From Chiloscyllium plagiosum (Eukaryota): a DNA stretch of 63,615 nt. A model generated the notes under the pieces. The model was not told the origin of the DNA and did not search any database. It worked only from the letters and a program-made list of their open reading frames with translations. Numbering within the stretch: position 1 is the stretch's first letter; each line of letters starts with the position of its first letter. Positions 48,895 to 61,459 of the stretch are shown here, piece after piece. The stretch lies in contig NC_057755.1 in the NCBI RefSeq assembly GCF_004010195.1, positions 2,749,498 to 2,813,112 of the forward strand, read 5' to 3'. The position numbers were made by a program, and so were the translations under genes.

Positions 48895-51370
48895 ACTACT
48901 TATTGGGATTATATTATACACCTCCTAATAGTCAGAGAGAAATTGAGAAACAAATTAGTATGGAAATCTCAGTTAACGGAAGAATAATAGGGTGGTTCTG
49001 GGAGGGGATTTTAACTTTCCAAACATAGACTGGAACTGCCATAGTGTTAAGGGTTTAGATGGAGAGGTATTGTTAAGTGTGTACGAGAAAATCTTTTGAT
49101 TCAGTCTGTGGATGTACCTACTAGAGAAGGTGCAAAACCTGACCTGCTCTTGGGAAATAAGGCAGGGCAGGTGACTGAGGTGTCAGTGAGAGAGCACTTT
49201 GGGGCCAGCGACCATAATTCTATTAGATTTAAAATAGTGATGGAAAACTTGAAGTTCTAAACTGGAGAAAGGCCAATGTTGATGGTATTAGGAAAGAACT
49301 TTTGAAAGCTGATTGGGGGCAGATATTCACAGGTAAAGGGATGGCTGGAAAATGGGAAGCCTTCAGAAACGAGATAACGAGAATCCAGAGAAAGTATATT
49401 TCTGTTAGGGTGAAGGGAAAGGCTGGTAGGTATCGGGAATGCTGGATGGCTAAAGAAATTGAAGGTTTATTTAAGAAAAAGAAGGAACCTTATGTAAGGT
49501 ATAGACAGGATAGATCGAGTGAATTCTTAGAAGAGTATAAAGGCAGGAGGAGTATACAAAAGTGGGAAATCAGGAGGGCAAAAGGGAACATAAGATAGCT
49601 TTGGCAAATAGAATTAAATAGAATCCAAAGCGTTTTTACAAATACGTTAAGGAGAAAAGGGTAACTAGGGAGAGAATAGGCCCCTCAAAAACCAGCAAGG
49701 CGCCTTTCTGTGGAGCCGCAGAAAATGGGGGAGATAATAAATGAGTATTTTGCATCAGTATTTGCTGTGGAAAAGAATATGGAAGACATAGACTGTAGGG
49801 AAATAGATGGTGACACCATGCAAAATGCCCAAATTACAGAGGAGGAAGTGTTGGATGTCTTGAAATGCATAAAGATGGATAAATCCCCAGGACCTGATCA
49901 GGTGTACCCGAGAACTCTGTGGGAAGCTAGAGAAGTGATTGCTAGATTTCCGTGGGCGGCACGGTGGCACAGTGGTTAGCACTGCTGCCTCACAGCGCCA
50001 GAGATCCGGGTTCAATTCCCACCTCAGGCGACTGACTGTGTGGAGTTTGCACGTTCTCCCCGTGTCTGCGTGGGTTTCCTCCTTAGTGCTCCGGTTTCCT
50101 CCCACAGTCCAAAGATGTCATGTCAGGTGAATTGGCCATGCTAAAATTGCCCGTAGTGTTAGGTAAAGGGGTAAATGTACGGGAATGGGTGGGTTACGCT
50201 TCAGCGGGTTGATGTGGACTTGTTGGGCCGAAGGGCCTGTTTCCACACTGTATGTAATCTAATCTAGACCGCTTGCTGAGATATTTGTATCATCAATAGT
50301 CACAGGTGAGATGCAGGAAGACTGGAGGTTGGCTAATGTGGTGCCACTGTTTAAGAAGGGTGGTTAGGACAAGCCAGGGAACTATAGACCAATGAACCTG
50401 AACTCGTTGGTAGGCACGATGTTGGAGGGAATGCTGAGGGACAGGATATACATATATTTGGAAAGGCAAGGACTGATTAGGAATAATCAACATGGCTTTG
50501 TGCGTGGGAAATCATGTCTCACAGACTTGATTGAGTTTTTTGAGGAAGTAACAAAGAGGATTGATGAGGGCAGAGTGGTACATGTGATCCATATGGACCT
50601 CAGGCGTTCGACAAGATTCCCCATGGGAGACTGATTAGCAAGGTTAGATCTCACAGAATACAGGGAGAACTAGCCATTTGGATACAGAACTGGCTCAAAG
50701 ATAGAAGACAGAGGGTGGTGGTGGAGGGTTGTTTTTCAGATTGGAGGGCTGTGACCAGTGGAGTGTCACAAGGATCAGTGCTGGATCCTCTACTTTTTTG
50801 TCATTTACATAAATGATTTGGATGTGAGCATAAGAGTTACAGTTAATAAGTTTGCAAAGACACCAAAATTGGAGGTGTTATGGACAGCGAAGAGGGTGAC
50901 CTCAGATTACAGCAGTATATTGACCAGGTGGGCAGAGAAGTGGCAGATTGAGTTTAATTAAGATAAATGTGAGGTGCTGCATTTTGGGAAAGCAAATCTT
51001 AGCAGGAAGTACACACTTAATGGTAAGGTCCTAGGGAGTGTTGCTGAACAAAGAGACCTTGGAGTGCAGGTTCATAGCTCCTTGGACATAGATTTAGCGT
51101 GAGAGGGGAAAGATATAAAAGAGACCTACGGGGTAACTTTTTCACACAGATAGTGGTATGTGTATGGAATGACATGGCAGAGCAAGTGGTGGAGGCTGGT
51201 ACAATTGCAACATTTAAGAGGCATTTGGAAGGGTATATGAATAGGAAGTGTTTAGAGGGATATGGGCCGGTTGCTGGCAGGTGGGACTAGATTGGGTTGG
51301 GATATCTGTTCAGCATGGACAGGTTGGACCAAAGGGTCTGTTTCCATGCTGTACGTCTCTACGACTCTAT
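48895..51370 (+). mobile_element. CR1 LINE ORF2 to 3' tail, decayed, interrupted by a SINE
   Basis: ORFs 49302..49598, 49710..49979, 50392..50634 (HGFVRGKSCLTDLIEFFEEV) and 51099..51290; tail CTCTACGACTCTATG. Confidence 0.9.
49952..50265 (+). mobile_element. Full-length V-SINE (HE1-like)
   Basis: GGGCGGCACGGTGGCACAGTGGTTAGCAC...GGGTTCAATTCCC, V-domain, AATCTAATCT tail. Confidence 0.92.
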
Positions 51371-51674
51371 GTCAAATTGTAAAGCAGTTGAGGGCTCAAG
51401 CAGTGACACCTGTGGGACGCCATTTGTCACATCCTGCCAGGCTCAAAAAGACACATTTGTGCATACTCTATGTTTTCTCTCTGGCCGCCAACCTTATCTC
51501 CATACTATCATGTTACCCCTTACATGACGACCTCCTACTTTGTGCAATAACCATATGTATGAAACCTTGTCAAATGCCTTCTGAAAATCCAAGCACGTTA
51601 CAGCAAAGGGTTCCATTGTTCACAACATATGTTACTCTACCAAAGAATTTTAACAAATTTCATAAACATAATTT

Positions 51675-53370
51675 CCATTTTAAAAAGAGGACTTGGCTCG
51701 TTTATTTGGTGCCATAGTTGGCTTCTTATCAAGTTGTCTAAACTACAGTTGTCTTATCGGTTGGGGGTAGTGGATTTCCCAGAGATTAGAAGATACCAAT
51801 TAAATTCTCTTCTATCGTTTGTTTGTGTGCCATAGTCGGCTTCTTATCAAGTTGTCTAAACTACAGTTGTCTTATCGGTTGGGGGTAGTGGATTTCCCAG
51901 ATATTAGAAGATACCAATTAAATTCTCTTCTATCGTTTGTTTGTGATTGGGCCTGTAAAGACCCAACATCAATGTGTCTAGATATTGAGACCTCCCTGTC
52001 AAAATGTACCCTCACCAGCCTTTTATTCTTGGATAAAATGAAGACGGTCATGGAATATTGCCATAATCTGACTGTTAAGGGACGGAGGAGAATGTGGCAG
52101 AAGGAGGGTAATATGTGCAAAACGTCATTTCTTACCCCTTTAGTGGATATGTTGGGTTTTCAACAGGGGTTAATGGACCCTGGATTTAAGCTCTGGGCAG
52201 CTTGGGGAATCTTTTGTTTGGCTGATTTATCTGAAGGTGAAATAATAATATCGTTTGACCAAATAATTTGTAAACATTGTCTAGTTAGCAAAGAGTTTTT
52301 TCACTTTTTTTCAGGTCAGGGATTTTATTCAGAAAGGAACCACGCTCTTGACCATCCGCTGCAGATCTATTATGGAGAAGAGGGAACTTTATACTGAAAG
52401 TACTCTCTTTATTAGTACGCTTTATCGTATGCTGGGGAACGATCCTTCAGAAGATGATAAGCCGCTTTGTGAGGTTTGGGAGAGGGAATTAGTGGTTGAG
52501 TTTTCTATGGTAGCATGGGGGCATATGTGTGAGAATGCGAGAAGATCTTGACTTGTAATAGGATCCATGCCATGCAGTTAAAGATTTTGTCCAGGGTCCG
52601 TTTGGCCCAAGACCGTCTCTCAAATTTAAGATGGGAGCATCCCCCTTTTGTCCTGTGTGTAAGGTAAACATCGGTACACTCACTCATTGTTTATGGTGTG
52701 CCACAGGCTCCGTGCATATTGGAGATCTGTGGCAGAGGTCATAGAGAGGGTCTTGAGGGCTGAGGTTAAGATGGGCCACGATCTCGCTTCTCATGGGACT
52801 ACCCAGTATACTCTCTATGGATGCTCACAGGGAAAAAAAACTTTCTAATATCCTCACTTTGTGCGCTAGGAAAAATATTTTAATGTATTGGGTTTCAGAA
52901 CTCCCCCCACTAGGTTTTTGAGCTTGCATAGACTTATTATGGAACAAATGCCTTGGAACTTTTCAGCAGAAAACAGAATTTTTTTTATCGGATATGGCAC
53001 CCCTTTCTGGACTGCTCAGATGCAGATTTATCTGCCATTTTAACTTGGGCTTTTGAGTAGCCATGGCGTTCTGATTTTGTGTACTTGATGCCCTTGAAGG
53101 AAGACTCTGGAACATTTTGTGATGTTGAGAGGTAATATTTTGTTGTGCTAAGCTGTGTTGTTTGTTTATTTATTCATTAACTACCTTTATTGATTTTTCT
53201 GTTTTGGGTATCGTTGTGTTTTGGTTATGTTGCTGTTGTGGGTTTTTGTTTATCATTTTTCAGTTGTCATATGTATATAGAGTAATGTTTGCTGGTGTTG
53301 TAATTTATCTTTCTTTTTATGGTTTTGTAAGAAAAGAAAAGCTTAATTAAAATATCTGTTAAATAAAAGG
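51675..53370 (+). mobile_element. L1-clade ORF2 C-terminal remnant with GT-rich 3'UTR and A-rich end; internal 2x118-bp tandem duplication (51709-51945)
   Basis: KLSKLQLSYRLGVVDFPDIRRYQ occurs twice, FKLWAAWGIFCLADL, CPVC..GTLTHCLW-type zinc motif, ends AAATAAAAGG. Confidence 0.7.
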
Positions 53371-54403
53371 ACAACACAGATCAAAATTCAATGTATTGGC
53401 CTAATGAATGACAAACGTCTAATGATAATTTCTGTCAACTATTGATATATTTTTAAGTATAAAAAGCTGGTCTTTCTCGGTTTAACATGGAAGAGAAATT
53501 GAGAACAACTTGTACCTCTCCCTGTCTCAAGTTTTAGCCAAAACTGTTGCAGTTCCATTATCAATAAAATCTGATTTTTTTGAATATTGTTGGCTTTTTT
53601 GCTCTCATAGGTCCCAGGTGTTTTAGCTAATTTTAATCCAATTCGACAAGTTTCCTATTTTTAGGCAGTAAACTGCCCAATTACAATGGGCTGTTACTCC
53701 AATGCAGTCTAATCAGAAATTTCCTGTCATAGGGTGAAGAGTCAAAATAGTGCCATCAAGCTCCCTTGTGTTGAAAGTGCTCTGCTGGCTTCCCAACACC
53801 ACTGCACAGCAGGTGGTCGGAGGTGAAAACCCTCAAGGATCCAGAGAGGGAGAGAGGGAGAGAAACAGCTCACAGAGCCATCCAAACTGACAGCACCATC
53901 AACNNNNNNNNNNNNNNNNNNNNNNNNNNNNNNNNNNNNNNNNNNNNNNNNNNNNNNNNNNNNNNNNNNNNNNNNNNNNNNNNNNNNNNNNNNNNNNNNN
54001 NNNNNNNNNNNNNNNNNNNNNNNNNNNNNNNNNNNNNNNNNNNNNNNNNNNNNNNNNNNNNNNNNNNNNNNNNNNNNNNNNNNNNNNNNNNNNNNNNNNN
54101 NNNNNNNNNNNNNNNNNNNNNNNNNNNNNNNNNNNNNNNNNNNNNNNNNNNNNNNNNNNNNNNNNNNNNNNNNNNNNNNNNNNNNNNNNNNNNNNNNNNN
54201 NNNNNNNNNNNNNNNNNNNNNNNNNNNNNNNNNNNNNNNNNNNNNNNNNNNNNNNNNNNNNNNNNNNNNNNNNNNNNNNNNNNNNNNNNNNNNNNNNNNN
54301 NNNNNNNNNNNNNNNNNNNNNNNNNNNNNNNNNNNNNNNNNNNNNNNNNNNNNNNNNNNNNNNNNNNNNNNNNNNNNNNNNNNNNNNNNNNNNNNNNNNN
54401 NNN

Positions 54404-56600
54404 ATATTCCAAACCTGGCAACATCTCTTCTGAAACTTTTCAAATTTTCTAACATTCTTGGAGGGAGACTAGAACTGCACACAATATTCTAAATATGGCC
54501 TAACCAATGTCCTGCACGGCCACAACATGATCTCCCAATTCCTATATTCAGTGCTCTGATCAATAAAGCAAAGTATACCAAATATTGTCATCAACATCTT
54601 CTCTATCTCAGAAATCATTTTCAATGATCTATGATCTTGCACTCCAAGGTCTCCTTATTCAGCAACAATATCCAGGACCTTATCAATAACTGTGTATGTC
54701 CTGCTCTGATTTGCCTTTCAAAGTGTAGCACCTCACATTCATCTAAATTAAACTCTATCTGCGACTGCTCGGATCATTGGCCCATGTGATCAATCTTCTT
54801 CCCTGTCAAATCTCATTTTATATTTGGTGTCATCTGCAAACTTACGAACGAGAATGTAAATTGTCAATTTCAAACTATTCATATCAATGACAAAAAGCTG
54901 TGAATCCAGCATCAATTCCACTCACACACCACTGGCCACAGGCTTCCAGTCTGAAAAGCGAGCCAACACCACCACTCTCTGTCTTCCACCTACAAGCCAG
55001 TTTTGCACCCAAATAGCTGGGTCTCCCTGAGTTCAATGCCAGCTAACTTTATGAATTTGTCTACCATGACAAACCAGTTTGAACACCTTCCTGAAGTCCA
55101 TATCGATCACGTTCACTGTTCTGCCTCATCCATCCTCTTTGATACTTCTTCAAAAAACTCAGTTAAGTTGGTGAGACATGATAGCGCATGTACAAAGGCA
55201 TGTCAACTGCCCCTAATCAGTCCTTGCCACTCCAAATACACGTAAATCCTGCCCCTGCAGATTCACTCTCACAGCTTGCCCACTACGAATGTCAGGCTCA
55301 CCACTCTACACTGCCCTGGTTGCACCTTCTCACCTTTCTTAAATACTGGCACCATGTTTGCCAACCTCCAGTCTTCCAGCGCCTCACCTACTGTCAATGA
55401 TACAAATGTCTCAGCAAGTCCCCCGGCAATCAGTTCCCTAGCTTCCCAAAGAGATTGGGAGGACACCTCATTAGGTGCGGGGGATTTATCTAACCTCATG
55501 ATTTTTAAGATATCCAGCATCACTTCTGATGCAATCTGGGCATTTTTCAAGATGTCACCATCTGTTTCCCTACATTCTGTATCTACCATGCCTTTCTGCG
55601 TAGTAAGCAAAGATGCAAAATGCTCGTTTACTATTGCTCACGTCTCCTGCATTGCCACACACAGGTTGCCACATGATGCTTCAGGAGTCCTATTTTCTCC
55701 TGTGTTACAATTCTGTCCTTCATATATTTGCCAAATCCGTTCGAATTCTCCTTAACCCTTTTTGCCAAAGATATCTCACGTCCGCTTTTTGCCCTGCCAT
55801 ATCCCTCTTAAGTTAACAAGTTTTGAGAAGATTTACCAAACTTGTAAAAAAGAACAGGAAATGACATCACTACAGGAAATTATGTCACCACAGGAAATTG
55901 CATCACCCACCCAAGGAAACTCAAACAAATTCGAAAGTCAGCGAAAACACCAGTGCGAAAACACCAGTGCTTCATTCGGAGGCTCACTGAATATGCTACC
56001 TTGTATGGTGACGAAATGTCTGAAAAGGAACCTTCCAGCTCAGCGAGCAAACCTACATCCATTCTCTCTTAAGTATACTCCAACTCCCCTCATACTCTTA
56101 TACCTATTGACTCGATCTCTGCTGTCTATCCCTGACATATGCATCCTCCTTTTTACCAAAACCTCAATTTTTACCATCATCCAGTATTCCTGCACCTACT
56201 ACTCTTGCCTTTCATCCAAACAGGAACATACTATCTCTGGACCCTTGTTATCTCATTTTAGGAGGCTTCCCATTTTCTAATCATCGCTTCACCTACAAAC
56301 ATTTCCCTGCAGACAACGTTGAAAGTTCTTGCCAGGTACTTGCAAAATTGGCCAATTTTAAAACTAATAGATTTATGGTCGCTGGCCACAAAGTGCCCCC
56401 CACTGACACCTCAGTCACCTGGCCAGCCTTATTTCCTGAGAGTAAGTCATGTTTTGAGCCTGCACGTACCTACATCTGCATACTGAATCAGAAACCTTTC
56501 TTGTACACACTTAACAATTTCCTCTCCATCTCAACCCTTAACACTCTGGCTGTCCTCGACTGTGTTTGAAACGTTAAAATTCCCTACTATTACCACTCAA
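54404..56600 (-). mobile_element. Decayed CR1 ORF2 with a small PLE insert (about 55820-56060)
   Basis: ORF 55269..55610 (LDKSPAP...EDWRLANMVPVFKKG). Insert contains CTCACTGAATATGCTACC...GGTGACGAAATGTCTG. Confidence 0.8.
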
Positions 56601-56814
56601 TTAATTTAGATAAATGTGAGTTACTGCATTTTGGAAAGGCTAATTATGGCAGGACTTATGTACTTAATGGGAAGGTCCTGGGGAGTGTTGCTGAACAAAG
56701 AGACCTTGGAATACACATTCATAGATGTTTGAAAATGGAGTCACAGGTAGATAGCATCGTGAAGAAGGTGTTTGGTATTTGATTAATCTTTATATTTAAG
56801 CTTTATTATCATGT

Positions 56815-57040
56815 GTTGAAACTTTATTGCTGGAACAGCACAGCAGGTCAGGCAGCATCCAGGGAACAGGAGATTCGACGTTTCGGGCACAGGCCCTTCT
56901 TCAGGAATCATTCCTGAAGAAGGGCCTGTGCCCGAAACGTCGAATCTCCTGTTCCCTGGATGCTGCCTGACCTGCTGTGCTGTTCCAGCAATAAAGTTTC
57001 AACTTTGATCTCCAGCATCTGCAGACCTCACTTTCTCCCC
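56815..57040. mobile_element. PLE-derived hairpin-plus-tail mini-element, near-identical to 12193-12422; 12-14 bp TSD
   Basis: Perfect inverted repeat 56815-57003 (94-bp arms, 1-nt loop) and the same tail. TSD TTATTATCATGT(GT) at 56803 and 57041. Confidence 0.92.
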
Positions 57041-57729
57041 TTATTATCATGTGTCCACAAGTACAGAAGTACAGGAGTGCAGTGAAAAGTGTTTAATGTT
57101 ATCAAGTACGGCACCATCTTTGGTATAAAGGTACCTTGGTGCAAAACTGAGGTACAAGTAGTAACACAGACACAAAATCAAAAACAAAGCATCCCCATTG
57201 ATCTTATTGTAAGTAGAAAAATCAAGAAATGAAGTTAAATGTTAACATTACAGTCGTCCGTATTGTTAAATGGCAAAATATTGAAATAAAGGTAAATGTT
57301 GTAGTCTGGCATTTATTGACATGAATGTTCCCTGCAGACTTTCTTAAGGGCATTTCCTGTGAGGGTTTAATCCCCACCATTTTGGCCCACTCTCTGGGAA
57401 ATCTCTGTCTTCCCACTCTCGATGTCACAGATGCCTCCCTTATCAATACTTCGGGCTTGCTCTGGCCTTGTTAGCCTCAGACCCACAGCCACTTCCATGC
57501 ACCAGACATCCAGCTGGCACTCCTCAGGAGCCCGTCTCCTGCCACACTTCCCACGATACCATCGTCACTGTTGCCTCTCTGCAGAACTTCAGAGGGTAAG
57601 GAAAAAGAAATGACCAGAATCAGAGAAAAGATAAAAATGTGGCCAGCCTAGAGTGGACGGCCGAACATGCTCCCACCATCTTCAAAAGCTCACTCATTGT
57701 GTCCTCCACACTGCCGGGGAATGCTTACC

Positions 57730-58660
57730 TTCATTAATCAGTACATTAAATATAAAGAGTTGGGAGGTCATGCTGACACTGTAAAGGACATTGCTTGGAC
57801 CACTTTCTGAATACTGCGTGTAATTTTGTTTTTCTTCCTATAAGAATGATGTTGCTCAACTGAAAATCTGCAGGAAAGATTTATAACGATGTTGCCAGGG
57901 TTCGAGAAGTCAGTTATAGAGAGAGACTGAATGGGCTGGGGCTATTTTCCCTGTGGCATTGGAGACCGAGGGGTGATTAGATTAGATTAGATTATTTACA
58001 GTGTGGAAACAGGCCCTTCGGCCCAACAAGTCCATACCGACCCGCCGAAGCGCAACCCACCCATACGCCTACATGTACCTCTTTTTAACTAACACTACGG
58101 ACAATTTAGCATGGCCAATTCACCTAACCTGCACATCGTTGGACTGTGGGAGGAAACCGGAGCACCCGGAGGAAACCCACACAGACACGGGCAGAATATG
58201 CAAACTCCACACAGTCAGTCACCTGAGTCGGGAATTGAACCGAGGTCTCTGGCGCTGTGAGGCAGCAGTGCTAACCACTGTGATCTTACTGAAATTCATA
58301 AAATCATGACGGGAATGTATAGGGTAAACAGCTAAGGTCTGTTTCTTAGGGACTAGGAGTCCACTATGAAAGGGCATAGGTTTAAGGTGAAAGAGCAAAG
58401 ATTTAGAAGGAGTCTAAGAGGTAACCTTTTCACGCAGAGGGTGGCGTGTATATGGAATAAGCTTGCAGACGAAGAGGTGGAGGCTGATACAATTACAACA
58501 TTTAAAAGGCATCTGGATGGATATATGAATAGGAAGGGTTTAGAGGGATATGGGCTAAATGCTGGCAAATAGATGAGATTAATTTGGGATATCTGGTGGG
58601 CATGAACCAGTTGAACCGAAGGGCCTGTTTCTGTGCTGTATATCTCTATGACTATGACTG
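57730..58660 (+). mobile_element. CR1 3' fragment interrupted by a minus-strand V-SINE (about 57976-58282)
   Basis: ORF 58366..58572 (GHRFKV...FTQRVACIWNKL). The SINE appears as its reverse complement with (ATTAG)n. Confidence 0.85.
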
Positions 58661-59486
58661 TAGGACAACTAGGAAGTACATGGGACACACCGAACAATTC
58701 ACTGACACAGAGCTATCAAGCACTGTTGAACATTTAGACAAATGGCCTGCCAACAACCATGCCTTGCTGTTTTGGCTATGCTGATGACTTAGAGTCAAAG
58801 AGTCGTTGTGTTGTTCACTGCAGGATTCTTGGGCTCTGATCTGCTCTGTCACCATTGTATTTACATGGCTACTCCAGTTCATTATCGAGTTAATTGTTAC
58901 CCCGAGATCTTGACAGTTAACGATTCAGCGATGGGAACCATATAGAAAATGAAAGGATGATTGTTTAAGTCTTTCTTGTTAGAGATTACCATAGTCTGGC
59001 ATTTATTGACGCAATACCGGTGAGGTGAGATGGAAAGTCCTTCAGGCTAACTTCAGCTAGTGTGGGATCTGTATTTCTCTACATTGCAAACCAGCTAATC
59101 AGCTCAATGAGAGAGCCAGTTTCTGAGTGTGCATTCTCCGGAGAAGGATATATTTGGAACACTATGAGATTTAGAGATGGGAATGTTTGAGTGGAATACA
59201 ACATTGCGTCTGGAATAAAGCTTCTCATTTCATCAATTAATATGATCAGAATTGTCCAATATTTAAAACTGAATTTGAGAAATACATATATATTTACTGA
59301 AGCCCTTAATGGGCGTTGTCATAATCTATTTGTTCACAAGAAACACTAATTTGAACAGTGTTGCAACCTCAAAATCCCTAGGCGCTCCCCGTGGCATAAA
59401 GGATTGGGTTTGGAAACGTGAGACGTCAGTGTTTGATGCAGAGAGATTGACTGCAGCACGAAAGCACAGATCACTTTCCAGAGGAA

Positions 59487-59553
59487 ATGCTTGAAACATT
59501 TGGTATTATCAATAAATTATTCCATGTGATTCTTGCTATCATTAGCCTTCCTG
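59487..59553 (+). CDS. Exon 1 of a second GPR139-like GPCR paralogue
   Basis: MLETFGIINKLFHVILAIISLP+G then GTAAGT. Same length (67 nt) and phase as exon 1 at 38113. Confidence 0.8.
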
Positions 59554-61061
59554 GTAAGTGACTTAACCTATTGAGGCTTTGTAAATCTGGTTAAGAGTTG
59601 CTCTCTGTGCTTTGCGAAGGATGATGTTACATTCTGATCTAGTGCTCACAATTATACAGACACTCGAACATTGATGTCATTTATTCAGGCAGACATTTTG
59701 AATGTATTGGTGGTTTAATCCTGACTCGCTAGAGCCCTTGTGGTGAAGTGGTAAGGCCCCCACTCTGAACCACAAGGATTATGGCATGGGTTAAACCATT
59801 TTTGTTCAGCAGGTTGAAATTAGTAGGTTGTTTAGCCTGTGTCATAACACAAGTTAGTGGAGTGAGCAACTATAAAATAGGGAGCAATTCTAAAGGGAGT
59901 GAAAGAGCAGAGGTACCTAGATGTAAATGGGTATGGATCATTGAAAGTAGCATTAAAGTAGCAGAGGGTGGTGCGTGTATGGAATGAGCTGCCAGAGGAA
60001 GTGGTGGAGGCTGGTACAATTGCAACATTTAAGAGGCATTTGGATGGGTATATGAATAGAAAGGGTTTGGAGGGATAAGGGCCGGGTGCTGGCAAGTGGG
60101 ACAATGTTAGGTTAGGATATCTGGTCAGCATGGACGAGTTGGACTGAAGGGTCTGTTTCCATGTCCCATGTTGTACATCTCTATGACTCTTTAACTCTTT
60201 GAATGCGTTCAAATTCCACCTCAGCGGTAATATTTCAGAGCAATTTGATTAAATAACAGTATTCAGTAAATTGTCACATATGACATCAGTGTTCTCGTGA
60301 TACACACCTCTTCAGGAGCTAGTGTCTGTTTCTCAAGTCTGACAGGAGTGGTTTCCTGTTCTTGATTGAGTTCTGTACCCTGAGTTGGGAATCGGTGTCA
60401 AATCCAAGACACATGGAGGGATCTGTTTTTTAATGAGAACTGTGTGTCAGCGTAGAGAATTCAATAGACCACGCAGCATTCCAGGGGGAAGAAACAGAGT
60501 TAACACTTCGGGTCCAGTATGTCTCTGCCTCAGAACTGCTTCTGAGAGATAGGATCCAGGGTAGGAGTTTTAATCCTGAGGGGAATATGCCACTTGGCAA
60601 ACCCAAACTGAGGAGGATTCTGGTACTACTTACTGGACTCGAACAAGAAACGGTCTGCTTCTGTTTCTCAGGTGAGTCTGATTTATGGATCCAGTCCAAT
60701 CTTACACAGTCTCTAAATCTCTCCAGGCTCCAAACTTGTCATGGGGCAAGAAACCCTTTGGACAGCCTGCAAGTGGGAAGAGGCATCATTTGTGGAGGAT
60801 ATGTGTTAGTGCAGAATCTCAGTCTTGGCCAGTTAAAAACTATCCTGGAATGTGTCAATAATAGAATGCCTTTAGTGGCAATTGTGAACCCACAAAATAC
60901 ATGAAATTAAAACTTTTAGTGGTGCGAAGAAAAAAGCTATCCTCACTGTTTGAGTCATGTGCAGAGATTTATACAATCTGAGCTGGAGGATGTGTTTTCC
61001 GATGCATCATCACCATATTAGGTAACGTATCAGTAAGCCTCCAGTGAAGTGCTAATGTTTT

Positions 61062-61312
61062 TTTAGATTATTAGATTACATTCCCTACAGTGTGTAAACA
61101 GGCCCTTCGGCCCAACAAGTCCACACCGACCCTCTGAAGAGTAACCCACCCAGACCCATTTCCCTCTGTCTAATACACCTCCCACTATGGGCAATCTAGC
61201 TTGGCCAATTTGCCCGACCTGCACATCGTTGGACTGTGGCAGGAAACTGGAGCACCCGAAGGAAACCCATGGAGACACGGGGAGAACGTGTAACATCCAC
61301 ACTGACAGTCGC
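61062..61312 (-). mobile_element. V-SINE (5'-truncated), followed by a PLE pLTR/tail with a hammerhead core (about 61320-61458)
   Basis: Reverse complement of the SINE body, then ATTCCTGAAGAAGGGCTAATGCCCGAAACGTCG and tail GATCTCCAGCATCTGCAGACCTCACTTTCTCC. Confidence 0.85.
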
Positions 61313-61459
61313 TGGACCAACTTTCCTCATTCCTGAAGAAGGGCTAATGCCCGAAACGTCGATTCTCCTGTTCCCTAGATGCTGCCTGACCTGCTGCGCT
61401 TTTCCAGCAACACATTTCCATCTCTGATCTCCAGCATCTGCAGACCTCACTTTCTCCTC

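Noticed and set aside
49952..50030. tRNA gene
   Set aside because: tRNA-like head of a SINE, continuing into the V-domain and tail. The same applies to 8797 and 41955.
60470..60700. Further hammerhead candidates (also about 15770, 29965, 33325, 55983, 63170)
   Set aside because: Recognisable PLE pLTR remnants, but core or helix positions are mutated, so they are not called as intact ribozymes.
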